Shown: positions 9,260-18,026, counted from the stretch's first letter. The stretch is 32,583 nt of DNA from a virus (IMGVR_UViG_3300046786_000480:1-32583); one strand, 5' to 3'. The notes: a model not told the origin generated them from the sequence alone. Program-made: numbers and translations.

Positions 9260-10420
9260 TTAGCCCAGCAACAGCGCGGTGTGTTCCGGCTTGATGTTCT
9301 TCACGCCCCAAGCAAGGGAGATGTGATAAACGACCTTGCGGAAGCCCGGATATACCGAGACTTCAAAGGTCAGGCCAGAGCGCGGGTCAGTGATCTGCAT
9401 CACGTCGATAGCCATGTCACCGGCAGCAGGACGCGACGGCAGACGAGCGGCCAGCACGATGGCGGACGAGGCAAACGCCATGTTGCGCGGGCCGGTAGCA
9501 ATCACGGTGATGGCGCGGGTTGCAACGCCTTGGGCCTTACGCAGGCCGGGGGCGGCGATGGTGATGCTGTCGCCAGATGCCGGGTTACCGCCAGCAAACG
9601 AGACGGAGGTCACGACGTACTGATTGGTATCGTTGGCCAGTGTAATCACGTCACCGGCAGCGACTACGCCCGTGCCAGCGGTAGCCAGCGGCAGGACGGT
9701 TTGACCGACAGTAAAGGCGGCGCTGGTGGTCGTGGCGTTTGCCATTGCGCCAGCGGTCGGAGTGACAATCTGCGCGGATTCGCGGATGGCCATGCCGGAC
9801 GGACGGACGAGAATGCCCTGCTCGTTGATCGGAACGTCACCGCGCCCGACCTGGACGCCGTACAGGGTATGCAACTTGGCCCCGGCAGTGGTATCCACAA
9901 TCAGATTCAGGCTCTGCGGATTCGCGCCGTTGTCCAGCAGGATCTTGCGGGCGTCCATCGCGCCTCCAAGGGTCGTGGCGAACGGGGTAGTAGTGGCAGT
10001 ACCGGCAGCGCGGGAGGTAGTCGCGTACAGGGCAGCAAGGTCAGCCTCAACCTCGTTGACCAGGGCGCGCATGGCTTGCGTGATCTGGTTGTTCTGCACG
10101 TTTGAAGCGCCGGGGCCGGAGTTCAGGCTGCGCTCTTCCTCGCCGTTCCAGGAGAACGGGCGAGACTTGCTCTTTGTGATGGTGATTGCGGTTGCGCCAA
10201 TGGTCTGGTCGTATTCGGACGGAACAGACATTGCGGGCGTGTTGTCAATGGCGGCATTGGCGGACGGGGCCACGTCAACATAGACGGACTGGCCAACAGC
10301 GGCAGCAGAGGCGCGGGCATCGAGGGTTACGGCAGGAATCAGGCCGACGAGTTCGCGGGATACAACATCGAGGGACGCATAGAGCGCGGGAATCAGGTTC
10401 GTCAGGGTGTTGGTGGTCAT
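9260..10420 (-). CDS. Major capsid protein (P22 coat-like, with insertion domain)
   Basis: NTLTNLIPALYASLDVVSRELVGLIPAV start and ITDPRSGLTFEV...AWGVKNIKPEH end; follows the scaffold gene; GAGG SD. Confidence 0.9.
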   Translation of the reverse strand: MTTNTLTNLIPALYASLDVVSRELVGLIPAVTLDARASAAAVGQSVYVDVAPSANAAIDNTPAMSVPSEYDQTIGATAITITKSKSRPFSWNGEEERSLNSGPGASNVQNNQITQAMRALVNEVEADLAALYATTSRAAGTATTTPFATTLGGAMDARKILLDNGANPQSLNLIVDTTAGAKLHTLYGVQVGRGDVPINEQGILVRPSGMAIRESAQIVTPTAGAMANATTTSAAFTVGQTVLPLATAGTGVVAAGDVITLANDTNQYVVTSVSFAGGNPASGDSITIAAPGLRKAQGVATRAITVIATGPRNMAFASSAIVLAARLPSRPAAGDMAIDVMQITDPRSGLTFEVSVYPGFRKVVYHISLAWGVKNIKPEHTALLLG

Positions 10421-10437
10421 AGCAAATTACCTCAGGT

Positions 10438-11136
10438 TCAGGAGACTTTACCGCCAGACTTGATGTGCGCCATTCGCTGGTCTGCACTCATCTGGCCGAA
10501 TTGGGCGCGTGTAACGGTTATCGCGGCCCCGCCGCCTTTACCACTGCCACCGCTGGCCCCGCCACCGGAAGCGCGAGAACTCGCAATCACCGGCGCGAAC
10601 GCCTGATTTGATGCAAATTCCGCTTTGAGTTCGTCCAGGGTGAGCGCCGAAGGCTTGCCATCCTGCCCGATAACCACAGTTTGCGGCTGTCCGTCGCGAA
10701 TGTCAACAGAGAGCCGGGCGCGGATGTGGGGCATCAGCAGGGAGGATGATCCGGGGATGGATAGCTCGTTGGCCATGCTGACCGCGACGTTATCCACCAG
10801 CAGTTTATTCAGGGTTCCGCGCATGTTCCCGAGTTCGGCTTCTTTCGCGGCAATGCCTTCGTCGTATTTCTGCTTCCATGACTTGTCGAGCGCGTCGACG
10901 TCGCCAGACTTGCGGGCGGACTCCTCGGACGCCTTGCGGGCCAGCTCTTCGGCTTCCTTGGCTTTCTGCGCTGCCGACTTCTTTTCAGCCAGCAGCTCAT
11001 CAACCTTCTTTTTCAGGCCGGTCGTGTCTTCAATGCCATCGACCTTCAGCCGGAACTTTCCGGATTCGGTCTTGTCGTACATGCCAGCAATGGCGGCGTC
11101 CAGACCTTCGACGGTATCAACTTCGTATTTCAGCAT
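10438..11136 (-). CDS. Capsid scaffolding protein
   Basis: Coiled coil with Gly-rich C-terminus (ASGGGASGG); directly upstream of the capsid gene. Confidence 0.85.
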   Translation of the reverse strand: MLKYEVDTVEGLDAAIAGMYDKTESGKFRLKVDGIEDTTGLKKKVDELLAEKKSAAQKAKEAEELARKASEESARKSGDVDALDKSWKQKYDEGIAAKEAELGNMRGTLNKLLVDNVAVSMANELSIPGSSSLLMPHIRARLSVDIRDGQPQTVVIGQDGKPSALTLDELKAEFASNQAFAPVIASSRASGGGASGGSGKGGGAAITVTRAQFGQMSADQRMAHIKSGGKVS

Positions 11137-11171
11137 GGTTTTGCTCCCGGAGCGTGTGCGGCCCAGCCGCG

Positions 11172-12269
11172 TTATAGTCCTGCGCGAGCGAACGCGACAG
11201 GCTCAAGTTCTTTCATTTGCTCAAGTGTGAGCGGTTCAAAATTCTTACCCAGGTTCAGTTCCGCAAACCTTTCCGCCGACAGCCCGCCCTTGCGGAACAG
11301 TTCGCCGCGAGTTGGGCCTAGCGCCACATCCTGAAACGCATCCGGCTGCGTCTTGAGCCATTCATAATAATTCTGACCCGCAGATACTTGTTCGCCGCCG
11401 TCTGCGCCTTTGGATGCGCGGGTTGCGCCCTCGTCGAGAATGTCAAAAGCCGGGTCAAGCACAGCGATGGTTGTCGAGCGGCATTGCGGGTGGAGTGGTG
11501 GGCGCGGGCCGGAGTCAAGCGGAAATCGTTTGCCGTCAAGGCTGCGGCATTGGATCGTTGTTCTGGAATCAAGTGCGGCAACCCATTCCAGCCCAAGCAC
11601 GATGTCATCGTTTGCGCGGAAGAAGGTCTCGCGGGCAACTTGCGCCGAGTGCTGCACGGCTGTCCGCACAAGCACGGTGTTTGCCCGGTCAATCTGCGCC
11701 AATGTCCCATCCTGGCCGCGCATTTTCGAGGTTCCGCGCAGACTGCGAACAATCTCGGCGGTGTTTTTTCCCTGATAATAACCCTGCTGAATGACGCCAT
11801 TTACATATTCGATGCTGTCATCCGTCCAGCCCTGAAGCCACGGCTCAAGCAATGCGCCCTGGCGGTACCCCTGAACGGCAAGCGGTGCAGTCATCACGGC
11901 TGTCCGCACCTGTTCCGGCGAGGGAATGACGGACTCAAACGGGACTTTTGAAACAGTCTGGAGATTGCGCGCCTCAAGTTGGGCCTGATACACAGCGGCG
12001 TCTATTAGGTCGCCCGTCAGTTGCGTGGTGTAGCCGCCAAATATCGCCCGCAGGTCGCGCTCGATGGCGTCCAGCAGGATCTGGATGCGCTTGGCGTCGT
12101 AGGTCTCAATATCGGCCGCAATCAGCCGCATCTGCAAATCACGTTCAGCCTGTTGCAGGAATGGCTTGAACTTGGCGACCTCTGCGGACTTCAGGCGGTC
12201 AAGCATGACCTGCTGACGCGTGGCCAGCGTGATTTGCTCGGGCGCTGTCTTGCCTGCCGGTTCAGCCAT
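11172..12269 (-). CDS. Minor head protein (SPP1 gp7/MuF family)
   Basis: WVAALDSRTTIQCRSLDG ... PPLHPQCRST motif. Confidence 0.9.
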   Translation of the reverse strand: MAEPAGKTAPEQITLATRQQVMLDRLKSAEVAKFKPFLQQAERDLQMRLIAADIETYDAKRIQILLDAIERDLRAIFGGYTTQLTGDLIDAAVYQAQLEARNLQTVSKVPFESVIPSPEQVRTAVMTAPLAVQGYRQGALLEPWLQGWTDDSIEYVNGVIQQGYYQGKNTAEIVRSLRGTSKMRGQDGTLAQIDRANTVLVRTAVQHSAQVARETFFRANDDIVLGLEWVAALDSRTTIQCRSLDGKRFPLDSGPRPPLHPQCRSTTIAVLDPAFDILDEGATRASKGADGGEQVSAGQNYYEWLKTQPDAFQDVALGPTRGELFRKGGLSAERFAELNLGKNFEPLTLEQMKELEPVAFARAGL

Positions 12270-13680
12270 TCATGCCGCCCATGCGCGGCACGGTGTCGCC
12301 GGATTCCTCGCGCAGGTCATCGTCGGTTTTGTCGGCGCTGACGAGTTGGAGTTTTCGCATCAGTCGGTAGAGTTCGGAGTCTGGCAGCTTGCCGAGCTGG
12401 TTGGCGGACAGTAGCGCGGTCAGCAGTTGGGCATCCACGGACAGTTGCTCTTTGTCCATTTCGATGCTGTATTCCACCTCGCCAGCGCCGCCCATGTACA
12501 TCTGCGCATAAAGCAACGCCTGCTCGTATGCCTCGCTGACGTTTTCGCAGACGAGCGACAGGACGGAATGGTTTGCGGCGACTTCAGCGCGGGCCTGTTC
12601 AGCAGTTTTTGCGACTCCGCCAGGCTGCATCAGTCGAGCGCCGAGGGCAATCATGCGGTTTTCCAGCGCAGTCAGTTCGGCTGGGATGGCTTGGTCAGCC
12701 GGGGCGATGGCGTATTTAAAGTCGCCACCCACCGGCAGCGGCAGCATGGCGCGGCTACCCATGGCCACGTTGTTTTCTGCCAGCCAGTCACGCCAGGATT
12801 CCGACAGGCCGGTGATTGTCGGCTGAGGCTGGCCAGCGTAAAACAGAGCGTTGTACCAGTCAGCGGCCAACTGGTAGTGCTTGGCGTTGAGGCTGGCAAT
12901 GTCCATCAAAGGGGCGTTGTCGATGCTCGTGTCATTGTTCTCGCTGCCGATGAAACAGAACGGAATCTCTGACCACGGCAGGCCGTTCGCCATTGTCGGC
13001 ATAGATTCACCGACGAGGATTAGCTCATCAGGCCGGTTGGTGTCGCGCTGCCACAGCCGGACGACATAGACGCCATCCATCAGCCGTAGTTCGCGCCATT
13101 GATCGACCTCAGTTAGCGAGAAATCACCAGCATTTATTGCGGTCTCGCGGATGACGACGAGCGACAGCCGGTTGATGGCCCCGACTTTCTCCGTCCGCCA
13201 GTTGATGACCGCTTCAGGAGGATACGCGATGACATTGGGTCGGATAGCGCCGGTTTGCATGTCGGCGACGGACAGCGCTCCGGAGGACTCAGGGAAATCG
13301 ACAAACAGTGCGGCCCGTCCGGCTCGCAGCACATCGGCGGCGACAGATTGTGATTGCTGATAGATGCTGATGCCGCTGCCGTCAATGTCGGTGTCCACGT
13401 ATTGCAGGTTGGCGGGCGTGGACAGTTCCGGCCATTTGCCGAACGCCGCACCAATCATAGATTTGCATGTCTGGCCAACGACCGGAAAAAGGCAGGCGCG
13501 TTGCAGGTAGCGGGCATAGATTGCGCCGTTGCTATCATCGCCGAGCATGTTTGGGTCTGGCAGGTACAGGACGCCTTTTGCTTTGACTGCGGCCTGTCCG
13601 TCAATGAAATCCCGGGCCATTTCCCACTGCGGCAGAGCCTCGCGATAGTCGGCGCGCTCAAATGATACGTTATCGGTCAT
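12262..13680 (-). CDS. Portal protein (DUF4055-like)
   Basis: Follows TerL; AVKAKGVLYLP ... YARYLQRA ... IPFCFIGSENND ... PLMDIASLN motifs. Confidence 0.9.
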   Translation of the reverse strand: MTDNVSFERADYREALPQWEMARDFIDGQAAVKAKGVLYLPDPNMLGDDSNGAIYARYLQRACLFPVVGQTCKSMIGAAFGKWPELSTPANLQYVDTDIDGSGISIYQQSQSVAADVLRAGRAALFVDFPESSGALSVADMQTGAIRPNVIAYPPEAVINWRTEKVGAINRLSLVVIRETAINAGDFSLTEVDQWRELRLMDGVYVVRLWQRDTNRPDELILVGESMPTMANGLPWSEIPFCFIGSENNDTSIDNAPLMDIASLNAKHYQLAADWYNALFYAGQPQPTITGLSESWRDWLAENNVAMGSRAMLPLPVGGDFKYAIAPADQAIPAELTALENRMIALGARLMQPGGVAKTAEQARAEVAANHSVLSLVCENVSEAYEQALLYAQMYMGGAGEVEYSIEMDKEQLSVDAQLLTALLSANQLGKLPDSELYRLMRKLQLVSADKTDDDLREESGDTVPRMGGMNG

Positions 13681-15902
13681 CAGAAGTTCATCCGCATTTT
13701 TGGCATTCCGGGGGTATCGCCACTCTTAATCATGCCGCCCAGTGCATAGCGGCAATTGTGCACAAGCACGCCAGACGCAAAAAATTCTTCCGCATCCTCC
13801 ACCATTAAATCATACACTGCATTTCTTGTCCCTGTATCTCGCACGCATAGCACACGATCTTCCGCAATAAACGGTTCTTGCGTACTTGCTGACGGCAAAA
13901 GGTACGGAGCATTCCCCGCACGCCCTTTGCTCGTTATCAACCCCGGAATCCCTTCTGGATGCAGACTTGCACTTGTTTGAGCAAAAGACATCCGAGCTTC
14001 CGATCTTTCTTGCTGTAAAAACACCGCCGCATTGCTGGCAATTTTTTTCAATGCCGGTGAAGTTTTTATAAGCCAGCGCACCAATTTCCTGATGCTTTTT
14101 TCTTCCCTCCGTGGATGCGTGCCACGCTTTTGATAGCGGCCTAATCCTGTCAAGGTGCGCTTCGTGCTCATCTGATCTTCCGCCCCATGCGCAGTGATGC
14201 TGACGGTGGTCTTTTGCGGTAATGCAATCAAGGTTTGAAATGTCGTTGTTTTGCTTGTTTTCATCCTTGTGGTGGATGTGATGGCCGTCAGGAATGGGGC
14301 CAAAATTATCCTCCCAAATTTGCCTATGCAGGTATAGGCATCCTCTGGGCGTAGACCTCTTGAAGTAATCTCGATCAGATTTGTTTTTTGCGGAAGGGTA
14401 TCTGTGCCACCGACATCCGCCGTATTCGATGCATTCTGATTCACGCATGGCAAGCCACTCAAGGAAAGTATCCTGTCATTGTAACCCATGCTATCCATTC
14501 GCACGAATCCTTTTTGCGCGTTAAAAATGCGGTGGTCTTCTGTTGTCCTCAGTGTCCTTCCGCCTTCCGTAACCATCTCAAAAATTCGGGCATGATCTTT
14601 TATTTTTGCTGCCGCCAATACGGTTTTCCATCCGCGCCTTGTCATCACAAGGTCGCCAACAACTACATCCTGAACAGGAATATCGCCCCGCATGGTTGCA
14701 ATCATCTGGCCCTTTTCAATGCAGGCATCCCAGTAGTGGTTATTGGCGTCTTCGATGTCAGGCAGTATATCACCCGTCCGTTTGTCTGTCTTGAAACTGT
14801 ACAGCCTCGCCTCTTTCTGCATTTCCACGCATCGGGCGTGGATGACAATCTGCTTGAACGACTTGATGAATGAAATGCCATCCTCAACACTCCCTGCCCA
14901 TTTCTTCACTGGCTCAATGCGGGGCATGTGCGGGCGCTGTTTGTTCGGGTCTGGACGTTTCAGGTAGCTGATGGACTCAGGGCGGGCAGAGTCTGCGCGG
15001 ACGACATGCGAACAGATGCCAGGGATGCGTTGCTCCAGATAAGCGGCGGTGTCATCCAGTTCCAGCCCGACTCGTCCGGCCTCTCGCTCAATCCACAGCC
15101 GGTTGTCGTGTATCCAGCATTTGACGGCTGCGCTCGGGTCGTTGGCGAATCCGAAATCAAGCCCGTGATATGGGCCTTGCCAGTCTTGCGCCGGGTCGAA
15201 CTCATCGACGCGCCATTTGCCCTTGAATATCTGGCTATCGGACTTGCTGTTGTAGCCGCCCTCCCATACATGCGCGAAGGAATCAGAGTTGTATTTCCGG
15301 TCGTACTCGCGCTCTTTGCGGAGCGTTTCGGGAAGGAACGGGTTATCCGTGCTGTTGACATGCACCAGAATGAATCCATCCGCTTCCGGGCCTGTCTTGG
15401 GCCGGTCGGCAAAAAACTTATCAACAGGGTCATCAGGCTGGTCGGGATTCCAACTGAACCAGATTTCGGATGACTCATTGCGAATGGTCGGGCGCAGCAG
15501 TTCCAGGGAGCGGGCAGACAGGTTTTGCGCTTCTTCCACCCATGCCCGGTCGAATCCTTCCAGCGACTTGATGCTGTCGGCTGTGTGGTCCTGCATCCCC
15601 TGAAAAATGATGATGCCGTTGCCGTTGCGTGAACGGATCTCGGTGAGCGTGACATCGAACAGATGCGAGACGCCAAGCGCCGTGATTTTCTGCTTCAGCA
15701 GCTCGCGAGCGGAAAACTGGAGCGACTTCTGGATTTCGCGGATACATACAGAGCGTTGATGCGGGTTTGCCGCGTGCTCCTCGATGAGCATTTCGGCGAA
15801 CAGATGCGATTTGCCGGAGCCTCGTCCACCTTTTGCGCCCTTGTACCGGGCAGGGTATAGCAGTGGCTCAGCCCATGCGGGCGTCTCAATTACCAGTTCC
15901 AT
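13680..15902 (-). CDS. terL: Terminase large subunit (PBSX-like), intein-containing; 417 aa after splicing
   Basis: Walker A GGRGSGKS, Walker B WVEEA, nuclease GLDFGFANDP; splicing restores the C-terminal NHYWDA|CRYAL motif. Confidence 0.95.
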   Translation of the reverse strand: MELVIETPAWAEPLLYPARYKGAKGGRGSGKSHLFAEMLIEEHAANPHQRSVCIREIQKSLQFSARELLKQKITALGVSHLFDVTLTEIRSRNGNGIIIFQGMQDHTADSIKSLEGFDRAWVEEAQNLSARSLELLRPTIRNESSEIWFSWNPDQPDDPVDKFFADRPKTGPEADGFILVHVNSTDNPFLPETLRKEREYDRKYNSDSFAHVWEGGYNSKSDSQIFKGKWRVDEFDPAQDWQGPYHGLDFGFANDPSAAVKCWIHDNRLWIEREAGRVGLELDDTAAYLEQRIPGICSHVVRADSARPESISYLKRPDPNKQRPHMPRIEPVKKWAGSVEDGISFIKSFKQIVIHARCVEMQKEARLYSFKTDKRTGDILPDIEDANNHYWDACIEKGQMIATMRGDIPVQDVVVGDLVMTRRGWKTVLAAAKIKDHARIFEMVTEGGRTLRTTEDHRIFNAQKGFVRMDSMGYNDRILSLSGLPCVNQNASNTADVGGTDTLPQKTNLIEITSRGLRPEDAYTCIGKFGRIILAPFLTAITSTTRMKTSKTTTFQTLIALPQKTTVSITAHGAEDQMSTKRTLTGLGRYQKRGTHPRREEKSIRKLVRWLIKTSPALKKIASNAAVFLQQERSEARMSFAQTSASLHPEGIPGLITSKGRAGNAPYLLPSASTQEPFIAEDRVLCVRDTGTRNAVYDLMVEDAEEFFASGVLVHNCRYALGGMIKSGDTPGMPKMRMNF
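13755..14723 (-). mobile_element. Intein (323 aa, TerL residues 394-716)
   Basis: Block A CIEKGQMIAT, block B LRTTEDHRIF, block F VYDLMVEDAEEFFASG, block G VLVHN followed by +1 Cys. Confidence 0.95.
13810..14448 (-). CDS. HNH homing endonuclease nested out of frame inside the intein
   Basis: LHRQIWEDNFGPIPDGHHIHHKDENKQNNDISNL...H HNH motif plus two C-terminal Zn modules (CQQC..FCSNKC; CGEC..YCGRSC); -1 frame relative to TerL; GAGTGG 6 nt before the ATG. Confidence 0.9.
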   Translation of the reverse strand: MRESECIEYGGCRWHRYPSAKNKSDRDYFKRSTPRGCLYLHRQIWEDNFGPIPDGHHIHHKDENKQNNDISNLDCITAKDHRQHHCAWGGRSDEHEAHLDRIRPLSKAWHASTEGRKKHQEIGALAYKNFTGIEKNCQQCGGVFTARKIGSSDVFCSNKCKSASRRDSGVDNEQRACGECSVPFAVSKYARTVYCGRSCAMRARYRDKKCSV

Positions 15903-16287
15903 CGGGGGTCGGCTTGATGATGCGGCGAGTGATCTGGGTTACTTGCACAGTGCCGGTATGCTCGGTCTCAGATTTGTCCTTCCAGCCGAACCTGTTTTTC
16001 ATGTTAAAAATCCAGACGGTCGAATTGCCATCAAGGCCCATCGCCATTTCCCGGCCCCGCTCTTCCCACCAATGCTCACACAGCGCCTTGGACTCCTTTA
16101 TGGTTTCACGAAAATCATCGGAATCATCAAGCAGGGTTTCCCATGCCGACATTCCAATGCCCAATTTGCAGCGGATGGTTACAGCGGATTGCCCGTCTTG
16201 TCCACACTGACGAACGATCTCATGCCAGTCATCCGGAAGGTCTGCTGTGGTCGTGCGCGGTCTCCCCAGCGGTCTACCTGTTGTCAT
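15886..16287 (-). CDS. terS: Terminase small subunit
   Basis: GRPLGRP ... CEHWWEERGREMA ... WIFNMKNRFGWKDK; upstream of TerL; ATG at 16287 overlaps the holin stop (TAATG). Confidence 0.85.
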   Translation of the reverse strand: MTTGRPLGRPRTTTADLPDDWHEIVRQCGQDGQSAVTIRCKLGIGMSAWETLLDDSDDFRETIKESKALCEHWWEERGREMAMGLDGNSTVWIFNMKNRFGWKDKSETEHTGTVQVTQITRRIIKPTPDGTGN

Positions 16288-16490
16288 TACCGCTTCCCCC
16301 GCATCTGCCACAATTTCGGCAGCAGCAGCACAATCTGGATAACCGTGTAGATGATGGTGAGCACAATCAGCCAGTCTTGCAGCGGGTGGCCAGCAATCAC
16401 CATGCCGGAGACTACGACCGGCGGCGTAACCTTGGCCGTCACCGCGCCCACCTCCGCTACGTGTTGGGCATGCTCAGTTCTGTCAAGCAT
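16287..16490 (-). CDS. Holin (T7 gp17.5-like)
   Basis: PPVVVSGMVIAGHPLQDWLIVLTIIYTVIQI with basic C-terminus; located in the lysis cassette. Confidence 0.75.
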   Translation of the reverse strand: MLDRTEHAQHVAEVGAVTAKVTPPVVVSGMVIAGHPLQDWLIVLTIIYTVIQIVLLLPKLWQMRGKR

Positions 16491-16677
16491 TGCCTGTGTC
16501 CTTGGTGTTGTCTTCGGCCAGAATCAGTTTAAGCCCGGCGGATACCCCAGCAAGAGCTGACAGGTAGGCGGCGTAGGCCGGGAATACTGGCGTCAGTGCC
16601 AGCGCCACCAGACCGATACCCGACCATGTGGATTGCCGCTCCAGCTTGCTCTTGATGCGGCTCATGGATGCGCTCAT
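16483..16677 (-). CDS. Small membrane protein, holin/antiholin-like
   Basis: 64 aa with two hydrophobic segments after KLERQSTW; lies between endolysin and holin. Confidence 0.6.
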   Translation of the reverse strand: MSASMSRIKSKLERQSTWSGIGLVALALTPVFPAYAAYLSALAGVSAGLKLILAEDNTKDTGNA

Positions 16678-17114
16678 GCGTCACCTCTGAGAGTTTTACC
16701 GGATTGCAGGTCAGCCAATGTCAGACCGCCCGTGTATTGAAAATGCGGGAACTCCGGAAAGCGCTTCCAGTCGCCAGCCCATTCCAGCCCGCAAGATTTC
16801 CCGATGTCGCCAATTTTGCGCCAGAGCCTGCCAGCGTCGCCGGTCGTGCTCCAGCATGGCTTGCCGTGAACAATCGGCACAATGTCAAACGCCAGACGCC
16901 AGTTATGCCATGACTGCCCGCCCTTGGCGTTGGTGACCACCGGGCCTACTGCGCCGCCCCGTCCTTGCGCATAGAGCGCATCCTGACTTTCACGGTCGCG
17001 GTATGTGCTGGTAATGAGCAGCGTGATTCCGTCAGCATCGCAGGCGGAAATCATGGCCAGTGCGCGACGCTTGACGGCAGGGTGAAGGTCGTTGAGGTCA
17101 CGCGATGAAATCAT
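16674..17114 (-). CDS. Endolysin, M15 family L-Ala-D-Glu peptidase
   Basis: TYRDRESQDALYAQGR ... VTNAKGGQSWHNWRLAFD ... WAGDW...EFPHFQ; ATG 17114 with GAGG SD. Confidence 0.9.
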   Translation of the reverse strand: MISSRDLNDLHPAVKRRALAMISACDADGITLLITSTYRDRESQDALYAQGRGGAVGPVVTNAKGGQSWHNWRLAFDIVPIVHGKPCWSTTGDAGRLWRKIGDIGKSCGLEWAGDWKRFPEFPHFQYTGGLTLADLQSGKTLRGDA

Positions 17115-17161
17115 GTTGGCCTCTGAATAAAAAACCAGGCGCTTGTCCGGGAAGGGGATAT

Positions 17162-17368
17162 TCAGAGTGTAGCGGTGGCCGCGAGTAGTTGCAACCACCG
17201 ATAGTGCGGCATGTCCGCATGATCGGAATCCAGCGGCGCGCACCATTTCCGGACAGTGCGCATGTCAACGGCCAGCAGTTCGCCCGCTGCCTGCTGGGTT
17301 AGCCCTGCATGTTTCAGCAGGGCGCGGAGGTTGGCGGGGGTGTAGCCAGTATCAGGAAAATCAGTCAT
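17162..17368 (-). CDS. XRE-type HTH DNA-binding protein
   Basis: TPANLRALLKHAGLTQQAAGELLAVDMRTVRKW; ATG 17368 with AGGA SD. Confidence 0.8.
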   Translation of the reverse strand: MTDFPDTGYTPANLRALLKHAGLTQQAAGELLAVDMRTVRKWCAPLDSDHADMPHYRWLQLLAATATL

Positions 17369-17801
17369 TGCCGCTTTCCTGTGCCTCAAGCAATGCAAGC
17401 TCATCTTGCAAAACCTTGATCTGTTCAGCCATGCGGTACTTGCGCACAAAGCGGGCGGAATCAGCGGTGTCTGCCCATTCCTGGCTGTACTGAACGACGC
17501 CAGCAGTCTTTGCCCATGCCAACACGCCGTCAACGATGTCGCCTTGAATCTGGTACGACGCCGACAGCATATCAACAATGTCGCCATCGACGGCGCGGAA
17601 GGTTGCGCCGGTCGCGGCTGCGGCTTCAATCCGTGCTGCGTATTCGCTGAAGTTCATGATGTTCATCCTGTCTAGCATTTCAATCAGGCATGGCGCTGGC
17701 TTAATCAATCCGCTCAGCATGTCCGCCTGCATGTTTGGGTTTATGGTTCGTGACGCTCTGGCCCAGCGGTACAGCCTGAGCCAGTTGCGTTGTGTGCTCA
17801 C
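17361..17801 (-). CDS. Hypothetical protein (GTG start at 17801 or internal ATG at 17657)
   Basis: GTGA overlap with the upstream ORF; a second SD-ATG (AGGATGAACATCATG) lies at 17657. Confidence 0.6.
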   Translation of the reverse strand: MSTQRNWLRLYRWARASRTINPNMQADMLSGLIKPAPCLIEMLDRMNIMNFSEYAARIEAAAATGATFRAVDGDIVDMLSASYQIQGDIVDGVLAWAKTAGVVQYSQEWADTADSARFVRKYRMAEQIKVLQDELALLEAQESGND

Positions 17802-17947
17802 TTGCGGAGTGCGTCGTAAACTTCACCGGCCAACTTGGCGTGAGTTCCTTCGCCAAGCACTGCGTCAATGGCTTGCGGCAAGCTCTTGCCAGCGGCAAGT
17901 TGTTCCAGAATCTTGGCGCTGATTGCTGCGTTTTTGATGGCTTCCAT
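17798..17947 (-). CDS. 49 aa hypothetical protein MEAIKNAAISAKILEQLAAGKSLPQAIDAVLGEGTHAKLAGEVYDALRK (not in ORF track)
   Basis: AGGTG SD; first gene after a predicted promoter; stop overlaps the next start. Confidence 0.7.
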   Translation of the reverse strand: MEAIKNAAISAKILEQLAAGKSLPQAIDAVLGEGTHAKLAGEVYDALRK

Positions 17948-17997
17948 GATGTTCACCTATTTCATTCCGGTCTGCGTTATTGCCTCCCGATGAGTTA

Positions 17998-18026
17998 ATA
18001 ATAGGCCACCATCGTTCCCATGTAAA
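17998..18026 (-). promoter_or_regulatory. Sigma70-like promoter TTTACA-N17-TATTAT
   Basis: 5/6 match at each hexamer, 17 bp spacer, AT-rich upstream tract. Confidence 0.7.

Noticed and set aside
9236-10105. 289 aa plus-strand ORF
   Set aside because: Antisense shadow of the capsid gene in GC-rich DNA; the same applies to 8036-8860 and 10625-11230.
14960-15676. 238 aa ORF overlapping terL in the +1 frame
   Set aside because: Ser/Arg/Thr-rich shadow with no recognisable motif, unlike the nested HNH.
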